From Cyanophora paradoxa CCMP329 (Eukaryota > Plantae > Glaucophyta), in contig QPMI01000644.1 in NCBI GenBank assembly GCA_004431415.1, positions 1-64,000 on the forward strand: a DNA stretch of 64,000 bases. Reading direction: 5' to 3'. The notes under the pieces were generated by a model that saw only the letters and a list, made by a program, of their open reading frames with translations, had not been told where the DNA came from and did not search any database. A program made the position numbers and the translations under genes. Below, piece after piece: positions 24,801 through 35,400 of the stretch; within the stretch, counting starts at the first letter, position 1; each line of letters begins with the position of its first letter.

Positions 24801-27800
24801 CCAAATATCGAGAATCGAAGCTTTAGGGCGGACTCAACCAAATAAATAAGCGAACGGGTTCGGACCTGGAGCTTGAAGTAGGAGCGGAGCTGGGCGCAGA
24901 GGTCGGGCGAGAGGGAGCGCATCTGCATCGATCCCGAATTAGTTCGATCCCGAATTGGAGCGCTCGGGCGGGAGGGGGCGCAGGGGCCGGGCGGGGGGCC
25001 TAGGGGGCAGGGGCGCTAGAAGCCACTCCCTCTAAACTCTAACCCTAGACCCTCGCCTCCGCAAAAATTCGTTCGATCCCGAAAAGTTCGTTCGATCCCG
25101 AAGGCGGCGGGCGGGCGGGAGGGGGCGCGCCTGCATGTAGCGCTCGAGCGCGTGCATCTTGTCCCGGTACACCTGCGCCTTCGGGTCCTGCGGCCGCGCC
25201 CCTTACAGTTAATGCAGACGCGCCCACATATGGTTCGAGACTTCACCTAGACTTCACGCGCTCCAAGTATATTTAGATGTGGATCTAATATAAGAAAAGA
25301 CTTATTGAACGTTTGAGACTTATTTTAGAGGCCGCGCCCCCGGTCGCGCCCCCGGGTTAACATTCAGACGCGCCCCAAGTTTGAGACTTATTGTGTTTAG
25401 ACGTGCTCCGTTCCGAGACGCGTTCCGAAGGGGGCGGGGGGATCCCGGAGGGGGGGTGGGGGACTAATTAAGCTGATTCAGACGCGCCCCCCCCCCCCCG
25501 GGAAGAGGGGGGGCGGAGTGGGGGGTATATCTAAATGTGGATATAGATATGGACGGGTAGGGGAGGGGGAGGGCGGAAAGGGGCAGGGAAGGGGGGGGGG
25601 GGAGGGGTGGGGGGGGGGGGAGGGGGGGGGGCGGGGCGGGCCTTGACGATGAGGTAGGACATGACGATGGTGATGACGTACGACTGGAGCAGCATCGCCA
25701 CGAACATGACCTTCCGGGCCGAGTCGGTTCGGGATCGAACGAATTCGGGATCGACCGTCAGCCAGGGCCTTTAATTTAGAGGACGAGGCGGCGCCCAGGG
25801 CGCACGAAGATGCAGAAGATGACTTCGGGGTACGTGGCCGGGATCCAGTCCATGTACCCCAGGGACGAGACGCCGTTGAAGCCCCAGAGGAGCGAGCGGA
25901 GGTAGAGGTCAAAGGTGTTCGCCGTCGCCCGCGCGAAGTTCGGCTCCACGCCGTCCGTCTCGTACTGCACCTGCGGGTCGGTTCGGGATCGAACGAATTA
26001 GTTCGGGATCGAACAAATTAGTTCGGGATCGATCGCACCAGCCACGAGCGCGGGTCGAAGAGCTCCAGCCGCACGATCAGGTACCACAGGCACCCGACCC
26101 CTGCGAACGTTAACCAAATCATTCCGTCAGTGTGTTAACCAAAGCTTATATATGACTCGAGCTTATATACTGTAAACCAAAGGTGCTTACAGTGGCCGGA
26201 GCCGAGGATAATGAGGATGAACTTGAGCATCTCGGGCTTGCGCACGTCCACGTGGTAGTCCTGCTCCCGCGCTGCGAGATGACGCGAGATTCGAATCCGA
26301 ATCGGAGGCGGAGCGTCGGCGAAGGCCTAAGAGGAGCGGGGCCGTGTGCGATCCTTTATGTATAATTAATACGAATCGAACGCGGCCGGGGCGAAATAAG
26401 CGGAATCTTTAGTACTCGAAGCTTAAGCTGATCTAGATCTTTAGTGCTTAAGCTTCGAGTACTAAAGATTACCGCTTATGGCTTAAAGCGCTTCCGCCCG
26501 AGGCTTCGTGGCTTACTTAAAGCAAGATAAAGAAGCTTTGATGAGGAGAGCTGCTTTAAGCCACGAAGCCTCGGGCGGAGGCGGAGGCTGAGGCGGAGGT
26601 GGATGCGGAGGCGCGGGCGGGACGGGGCGCACTTCGGAAGAAGGCGAAGAGCTCGCCCAGGCGGGCGAACGAGGGGAGCTGCGCGGCGCCGCGGACGATC
26701 CAGCCCGTGCCGAGGCCGCACGCGATCCTGCAGGTGAGACAGGTTTGACGTCAGAAATTAAATTGAAGGCAGCGGAGAGCGCCAGGCGAGCCCGCGCGCG
26801 GCCCTCCCCTCTACCAGGCGGGCGGGTGGGCGGGCGGGTGGGCGGTGTCCCCCTCTCCGCGCCCCCTCTATGATCTAGCAGACGGACCAGTAGATGAACT
26901 CGGTGCAGAGTAGCTTGACGAAGGTGCGGCGGCGGTATTGCCGCCACAGCCGCGCAGCGATCCGCCTCCGGCTCTGCGCGCACGCGAGGTTGAGGTTAAC
27001 GTTCAGGTTCGAAGGCCGGAGGTTTGGGTTTGGGTCAGAGAAGCCAGGGGGAGCGGCGAGGCAGCGGACAGCCCGAAGGCGTCCGATCTAGATCTAGAGT
27101 GCGGCGCACGCTAGAGGGGGCGATATGTTTTCGTCTGATATTTAATTATAACACGGACCGGTAGGCCGAGTCTCTAGATCTAGATCTAGACTGAAACTTT
27201 CATCTGATTATATTCTAAAACGGACCTGCTCGAGGTAGCCGTCGGCCTCTATAAACGCGACGTTGATCTAGACTAATTATAATAGAATCTAGATCTAGAC
27301 CTATAGGATTTAGACCAAAACTTCATCTAATTATATTCTATCTAGATCTGAAACGGACCTGCTCGAGGTATCCGTCGGCCTCGATGAACGCGACGTTGAT
27401 CTAGACTAATTATAATAGAATCTAGATCTAGACCTATAGGATTTAGACCAAAACTTCATCTAATTATATTCTATCTAGATCTGAAACGGACCTGCTCGAG
27501 GTATCCGTCGGCCTCGATGAACGCGACGTTGAAGTCGAGGACGAGGTCCAGGAGGAAGACGCCGTCGACGAGGACGTCCAGGATGCCCAGCCCGCCGAAG
27601 GCGAACCTGAATCACATCAGATCAGATCAGATCAGAGATCAGATCAGGACCTATATATAGGATCGGACGTTGATATAGGCTTATAGGTTCTAGATCTAGA
27701 TCTGTACGTAGGCTATAGGCTATAGGCTATAGCTACTCATAGGTTCTAGATCTAGACGCCCAGGCCCCCGACCCGAAGTAGAAGGCTACCTACTAATATA

Positions 27801-29053
27801 ATAGGTTCTAGATCTAGACGCCCAGGCCCCCGACCCGAAGTAGAAGGCGTACGACTCGTCCGCGAAGGCGATGCGGAAGGGGAGGGCGAAGAAGGCGTAC
27901 ACCAGCGCCGCCACGATCACCTGAGGCTCGGATCAGAGTCATCTGAGCGGAGTGATCTGAGCGGATCTGAGCGCACGTAGCCCCAGTAGACGAGGACTCT
28001 GGAGTTGGGGTGGAAGACCGGGACCCAGTTCGGCCGATCCGTCACCTGCCGCCCGCGGCCGGCGCCCGCTGGTGAGGCGCGGCCCGTGGCGGCGGTGGCG
28101 GCGCGCGATCACACGCGCACCGGCGCAGCAACATACTAATCCCTTCTCTTCTGGAGGATAATAGAGACGCATTTGCTCTTTAAAGTATTCTTCGTGGATT
28201 ATAACCCCATCGTTAAATTCCTTTTGTATCTTAGCCCATTGACAATAAATCTCATAAAATTCTTTTTGACTAATATAATCCCCTGGACTAAATTTTATAT
28301 ATGGTCTCATTCATAAAAGCATTAAAAGATACATCCATAATCATCGCGGTGGCGGCGCGCGATCGCACGCGCACCGGCGCGGCGGCGAAGGCGATGCGGC
28401 GGCGCGAGGCGCTGCGCTCCCCGCTGCCCTTCTTCGCCTTGTCCTTCGATGCCGCCCGCTCCAGCGCCAGGCTCCTGCGCGTGCGCCGGCGCGCGCGCGC
28501 GCGCAGGTCAGAGCGTGGCGGGGCGGCAGCGCTAGCCGGGCGCCGGCGGGGCGGCGGCGGGGCGCGCGGGGCGGGGCGGAGCGCACGCGAGCTGTACGCT
28601 CACGGCGCTGCCGTTGCGCAGGCTGCCCCCGCGGATGGAGGAGCCGGCGTCCGAGCCGCGCCGGTCCATCATGTTAAGCGCCCCGGCCCTGATCGAGCCG
28701 TCCGCCGCCACGAACGTGATCCCGCTCCGGATCGAGGGCTCGTCCATCTCGCCCCCCGCGACGCTCCCGTTCGCCGCGTTGATGGCCGCCAGGCGCGCCT
28801 GCTCACGATCGATCGACATCAGCGGGGGGCACCAGAGGGCCGCGCGGCCCGGCGCCCGCGCTCGTGCGCGCGCGCGCGCGCTCGCCTTGATCGCGGATGG
28901 CGAGAGCGTGCCCGACTCTCCCGCCGTTCTTGTCGTGCCCAGCGTGCTCGCGGACTCGGTCCGCTGCACCATGGCCATCGGCACGTACTTGTCGCTCGTG
29001 CTGGCCGCCGCGCCCACGCCGAACTTCGCGGCCACCTTCTTCCAGCCCGACAT
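18898..29053 (-). CDS. Plant-Shaker (AKT/SKOR)-like 6TM cation channel with cyclic-nucleotide-binding homology domain and multiple ankyrin repeats
   Basis: S1 VIVAALVYAFFALPFRIAF; S2 VDGVFLLDLVLDFNVAF; pore YLRSLLWGFNGVSSLGYMDWIPATYPEVIFCIF; C-linker YPENLRIAVASYLY…IFNGCEEHFISVICLHLK; cNBD GVVGELAFFVGIKQPYRV; ankyrin units GDYDNRT, PDYDGRT, GDYDRRTALHLAA, DRFGGTPL. Confidence 0.88.
27221..27531 (-). repeat. 133-bp-period tandem triplication of a channel exon 3' end plus donor site
   Basis: CGGACCTGCTCGAGGTA…CGCGACGTTGA starts at 27221, 27354 and 27487. Confidence 0.95.
28130..28345 (-). pseudogene. AT-rich foreign insert resembling the C-terminal winged-helix region of a D5-type primase-helicase (NCLDV, polinton-like or phage)
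   Basis: MIMDVSFNAFMNET/(frameshift)/KFSPGDYISQKEFYEIYCQWAKIQKEFNDGVIIHEEYFKEQMR. AT-rich codons unlike the host; flanked by 38-bp direct repeats. Confidence 0.6.
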
Positions 29054-29462
29054 TTCTGCTTCTCTAATACTTGCAGGCAGGTTGCGGCCGATTCGCGCTT
29101 AGCTACGTGCTGCGCAGCATGCGGCTGCTCACTAGTACTGCACGATCAGGCAAGCGTCGGCTTCACCACAGATGCGCGGCAGGCTGCGGCAGATTGCCCA
29201 AACGCCACCTCCCTCACCGCTTGCGGCGCAAGATGCTGGCGCCGGCAGGCGCGGGTGCGCTGCAGCCGCACGGCCCCATCATGAAACCGTTCCCCGAGCT
29301 CTGATGCTGCTCAAACCGGCTCACAGCGAGCTCCAGAGCGCTGCGGCGCCCGTTGCGGTGCTCCGGCCGACACGCTGCAGAGGGCGCCCCTAGACCGCTT
29401 CCTGCGTACCCCACGCACACCGCACGGCGTACCCCGCCGGCTCCGCTCAGGAGAGCAGCAGG

Positions 29463-32400
29463 ATGGACCAGGACCAGCTGCAAAAGTCGCCGTCGCTCCG
29501 TGGGATCGAGCACTCGGTCGACCCGTACGAGGCGACGCTGGAGCGCACCGAGTCGCGGCGCAGCGTCAGCAGCAGCGCGGGCTTGATGAGCCCGCCGCGC
29601 ACTCCACGCAGGGGCAGCATCGTTCCTGTGGGCCAGGGCGCGCTCGCGCACGAGGGGATCGAGAAGAACGTCGTCCGACAGAAGCCATGGTGCTCTCCTG
29701 TGCTGCGAACCCTCGTGCGCGCGCCCCTGACTCCGCATTCCGATCGCAGGTACAAGGAGGTGTGCGAATTGCGCCCGCCGCTTCTAGCGCAGCGCGCGGC
29801 TCTCTAGCGCCTTCCGTGTGCAGGCGTTGCGCGCGCCCGAGCTTCCACGCTGATCTTCGAATCCCGCGCGCTTCTGCGCTTCGTTCACTCTCCAGGCGGT
29901 ATTCTACGAGGTCTACACGCGGGCATTCTGCGACTCGAACGCGGACGGGCACGGCGACATCGCGGGCATCACCTCGAAGCTTGACGTACGTATACGTTCG
30001 CCGCCGCGCGCGCCCCGCATCCTCTCGCGAGCCTGACCCGTTCGAATTCTCCCCCGCAGTACCTTGCCTCCCTCGTGCATTCCCCGCGCTGGCCATCGCT
30101 TGAATTTTGAATTTTGAACGCCGACCTCCTCAGGGCGTGGACTGCATCTGGCTGCTCCCCATCCACCCCTCGCCGCTGAAGGACGACGGCTACGACGGTG
30201 CGCGCGCGCGCATGCGCGGCTCTATATTCCCGCGCGGGGCTCGCCGATCCGGTCTGATCGACCCGGGCCGCAAGTGGCGGACTTCCGAGGCGTCCACCAG
30301 AACTACGGTGACGTGAACGACTTTCGGGCGAGCCGCCCCGCCCCGCCCCGCCCCGCCCCGCCCCGCACCGGACCCGCGCGCGGGTCCCGCTGCGCCTTCG
30401 CCGCCTCCTTCCGTCGCCGCCGCCGAGCCGCCGCCGCAGGTGCTCATCGACGCCGTCCACGAGCGCCACATGCGCATCGTAAGCTCTTCAAGACTTCTTA
30501 TTATAAGCCTTTTACGCCTGACGCTGGCCGCGCCTCAGATCATGGACTTCGTGCGCTCTGCGCGCGCGGCGGCCGCGGGCGACGCGGCTCTGCAGCTGTC
30601 CTCGGCCCGCGCCCGGCCGGAGCCGAGAGAGCGCGGGCGCGCGCGCAGATCCCGAACCACACGTCGGACCAGCACTTCTGGTTCCAGGAGGCGCGCAAGG
30701 GGCCCGAGAACCCCTACCACGACTACTACGGTCCGCCCCGCCCCGCCCCGACCCGCGCCGCGCCGCCCCGCGCCGCCCGTTCCGTTCTGATTCCCGTGTC
30801 GCCAGTGTGGAGCGACAGCCCCGTGCGAGCCTTCCATATAAGCATTTAAGCCTTTGAGTATAAGCAAGCCTTCTAAGAGCCGTGCTAGCCGCCGCGGGAC
30901 TCGGCCCGCCCGCGCCCCGACCCGGACGGCGGGGCACGCAGGACAAGTACAAGGGCGTGCGGATCATCTTCACGGACACCAACACCTCCAACTGGGTGCG
31001 TCGTCCGAACCTTTAAGCCTTTAAGCCTTTAAGCCTTTAAGCCTTTAAGCCTTCAAGCCTTATAAGCCTTTAAGCCTTATAAGCCTTTAAGCCTTATAAG
31101 CCTTTAAGCCTTTGAGCCTTTAAGCCTTTGAGCCTTTGAGGACTTCCCTAATATAAGCCTCTTAAGCCTCCAACTGGGTCCGTCGTCCGTTGCCCCCGGC
31201 CCCGGCCCCGGCCCCGGCCCCGCCCCCGGCCCCGCCCCCGGCCCCGGCCCCGGCTTTGACCGTCGGCCGCCTCGCCGCATCTCCGCCGGCCGCCGGCCGC
31301 AGACGTCCGACCGAGGGCTTTAGAAGGCGGGCTTAAAAAGAAGAATCATTGATTTAGACGCGCTCCAAGATACGCCTCCGCCCCCGCCCCCGCCCCCGCC
31401 CCCGCCCCCGCCTCCGCCTCCGCCTCCGCCTCCGCTGACCGCCGGCCGCCGGCCGCAGACGTTCGACCCGATGGCGGGGAAGTACTACTGGCACCGCTTC
31501 TTCAACTCCCAGCCGGACCTCAAGCGCGCCCGCCCGCCCCCAGATTAGATTCACATATCAAGATCCCTGAATTTCCCGCCTTGGCTAGAGCTAGAGGGCA
31601 AGCCCCGCCCGGGCTAGAGCGCGAGCCTCCCGTCGCTTCCCTTCTTGATCGATCCCGTCTCTCACTCGCGCTCCCCGCCCGAAGCTTTAGGCCCTTTAGG
31701 AGAGCGAGCTTTTGGCCCGAAATCGATCGATCCCGCCTCTCACTCGCGTTCCTCGCCCCGCGTCCGCCTCGCGCAGCTTCGACAACCCGGCGGTGCAGGT
31801 CCGTCTCGAGCTTGCCTAGATTCCTCGAGCTTGTCCAGTACCATACCTAGCTCGCCAGAGCTTGCCTGCCTAGCTCCTCGCCTTGACCGGCCCGCCCCGG
31901 GCGGCCATAGTGACCGGTCTCGCCCCTAGCTCCTCGCCCTGACCGGCCCCGGGCGGCGCAGGACGAGATCCTGAACATCATGGCCTACTGGCTCGACATG
32001 GGCATCGACGGCTTCCGCGTCGACGCCGTACCCTACCTATGCCCCCCCCCCCCCCCCCCTCTCCTCGTTCTCCCCCCTTCTCCCCCCCTAGATAAGAAAG
32101 AAACCCTTACCTCATCCCTACCTCCCCCTCTCACCCCCCTTCACCCCCCCCCCCCCCCCCCCCCCCGCGCGCGCGCCTGCCTGGGACCCCCGGACCCCGC
32201 CTTACCTCAGCCTGCCTCGCCCCTCCCGGCCCCGCCCGGCCGCCCGGCCCGCCCCGCCCGGCTCCTCGCCTGGGCCTCGTCCTTTGACTCCGGCTCCGGC
32301 TCACGCCGCCGGCTTCGCGCAGTCGAGCGGGAGGGCACCAGCTGCGAGAACCTCCCGAGACGTCCGTATCCCCCCTTCCTCCCCCCTCTTGAGCTTCGGC

Positions 32401-35400
32401 ATCCGCCCTATCTCCTCAAATTCGAGCTCGCCGCCCTAGGCTCCTCCTCCCCCCCCCCCCCCCCCCTTCCTCCCTCCCCCCCTCCGATCCCTTCGTTCGC
32501 AGGCACGCGTTCCTGAAGAAGATCCGGCGGCTGCTGGATGAACGCTACCAGGACCGCGTCGTCCTCTCCGAGGCCAACATGGCGCGCCCCCGCCCGGCCC
32601 CTACATTAGATCGCTCCCGCGCGTTAGATGGATTCCTCTAGATACGGCGCCTGCGCTGCTAGCGCCATCCATTAGATTGTCTCTTTCCGCGCATTCTCGA
32701 TGGCTTTGTCCTCTCCGAGGCCAACATGGCGCGCCTCCGCCCGGCACCGCCCGTCCCCCCCCCCCCCCCCCCCCCCCCTCCCCCGGCGCTCTCTTTCAGA
32801 AGCCAACATACATGGCGCGCGCGCCCCCTAGGCCTTTCCCCATCCATCCATCCGCCCTTCTGTCTTGTTCTTCTTCCTTTTCCTGACGCTTCGTCTCCCT
32901 TCGGGCGGCGGCAGTGGCCGGAGGACGTGCGGGAGTACTTCGGGGAGGGCGAGGGCGACGAGTTCCACCTCGTGCGCGCCCCCGCGCGCCCCTGCCTCCG
33001 AACTATTCGATCCGGATCGGAGCTCGAATTAAACTAGCGAGCGGCGCTGTAATAAGGCGCCCCCCCGCGCGCGCCTGCCTCCGAATCTCTTCTGACGGGC
33101 GGCGCCGGCGTCCTTTTCTGATCGGCGGCCTCCCCGCAGGCCTTCCACTTCCCCGTCATGCCCCGCATCTTTATGGCCCTCAAGGTACCCCTCGTTCAAC
33201 TTCTTTAGAAGGGGCTCAAGAAGCTCAAGAAGAGTCGTAAGATTATCAAACATGTAAGAGGCTTTAAATTTAGAAGCTCTAGAAGCTTTGGAAGCTCTAG
33301 AAGCTTTGGGCCCTCAAGGTAGCCAGCTCTCATTGAACTTCTTTAGAAGGGGCTCTAGCAGCTCTAGAAGCATCTCTCAAGGTATTCGTTATTATAAGTA
33401 TACTCCATGCACCTTCCAATTCCCAAGTTCTACGAGCATCTCCCGCTTTTCTGACTCCGCTCCGCTCCGCCCGGCCCGCAGCGCGGCGACGCCGGCTGCC
33501 TCGTCGACAGCGCGCCCCCGCCCCGCCCCGCGCCCGTCTCGTGCACGCCTCGCTTCGCCTCACCTCGCGCCCCCGCCCCCGCCCCCGCCCCCGCCCCCAG
33601 TCGTGAAGCGGACGCCGGAGATCCCGCGGGCGTGCCAGTGGGTCACCTTCCTCCGCAACCACGGTCCGATCCGCCCTAGTCTAGATCTGTGGAGATTCAT
33701 GGGGCTCTTTGTGAAGCTTTTATATGCGATGCTCCCCCCCCCCCCCCCCCCCCCCCGCCGATCGATCCCCAGCAACCGCAGCCGCTCGATCTAAGTAGCG
33801 CTAAGTAGCGATCGGCTGCAGACGATGAGCTGACGCTGAAGCTTTAGGATTCTTATGAAGCTTATACATGTCTGGCTTACATAATTATAAGCTTGCCTGG
33901 CTGAGCCGGGGCCTCTTCGCAGACGAGCTGACGCTGGAGATGGTGACGGAGGAGGAGCGCACCTACATGTGGGACCAGTACGCCCCGGAGCGCCGGTCCG
34001 CCACCCCCTCCCCGCCGCCCCTTCCTTCCTCCCTTCTCCTTCTCGAGCTTCTTCTCCTGCCCCCGCAGGGCGCGGCTGAACCTGGGGATCCGCCGCCGCC
34101 TCGCGCCCCTCCTCGACAACGACCGCCGCCGCATCGAGGTCCGCCCCCTCGCCTACATACATCTAGATCGGCTCCAGATCGTTTATCTAGGATCTATATC
34201 TAGATTTAGATCTAGAGGCATCTAGCTATCGCCATATCGCATCGAGGCCCGCCCCCCCCTCTCGCACTTGAGCTGGCGATAGCTATCTATGTTTATGGCT
34301 ATTGTTGCTGCTCTAGATCGTTCTCTATAGATATCGCCTCGGCTCCAGATCGTTGAGGTTCTCTGACGCGCGCGCGCCGTCGCGCGCGGCGCGCAGCTCG
34401 CCTACTCGCTCCTGCTGACGCTCATCGGGTCCCCCATCTTCTACTACGGCGACGAGGCGAGCTATTTGCATTTGCATTTACATTTACTAGCTATTTATAT
34501 AGCCTTGGATTCATCCATCCCGGTCCGCCCGGCAGCTGCAGGCCCCGCTCACTCACTCATTCCTTGCGACCGCACCGCAGATCGGCATGGGCGACAACAT
34601 TTGGCTGCACGCCCCCCATCGCCCTCCTCGCCCTCCTCGCCCCGCGCCCCTCCTCACTTACTCGGACCGCAGGCCGGACCGCAACGGCGTCCGCACGCCC
34701 ATGCAGTGGTGCGCGCTCACGCGCCTGCGCGCCTCTGATCCCCGTACAAAGCACTGCATACTTTGATCGCGTTTCCGATCCCTGATCGCCGGCCCCAGGG
34801 ACGGGACGCGGGACGCGGGGTTCTCGAAGGCGCCCCCGCAGCGCTGGTACTGCCCCCTCATCGACGCCGGCGCTTATGAGCCCTCCCGCGTCAACGTCAA
34901 GGTCCGCCCCCCTGGACCAGGGTCAAGACCAGGGCCTGGCCAGGGCCAGGGCCGTCTAGTACACCTAGTACTCCGTGTATAGCTAGCGCTAGTACCTATA
35001 GCTAGTCCGCCCGCCCAGAGCCCGCGGCTGGGCCGGCACCAAGGACACCTGGCGCTAGGTTGGGCCCTCAAATCGCGCTCGCCTAGGATACCAGTACCAG
35101 AGCCAGGGCCAGGGCCAGACCAGGGCCCCGCTCTCCCGCCCGCTGCCCGCCCACCCGCCCGCTCGCCCGCCCGCTCGCCCGCTCGCTCGCGAGGATCCCG
35201 GGCCGCTCTCGCGGAGCGGGTCTAGGGGGCTAGCGGTGCACCCCGAGCCTAGCGCCTGCCCCCTACCTCCCCTACCTACCCGAGGGCTAGCGGTGCACCC
35301 CGAGCACCCGGGCCGCTCGGGGGGGCCCCCGAGTAGCACCCCGAGAGCGCCCCGGCCCGGCCAGCGGTGCTACACCGCCGGGTCGAGCATCCCGGGCCGC

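Noticed and set aside
24928-25101. tRNA gene suggested by GTTCGATCCC
   Set aside because: No cloverleaf, A-box or acceptor stem; the motif is part of a 20-nt tandem repeat.
32345-32362. Frameshift in TreS (also near 1598 and 43525) as pseudogenisation or programmed frameshifting
   Set aside because: Each is a single missing base in a short C/G run within an otherwise intact gene, most simply a long-read homopolymer error. Needs a read check.
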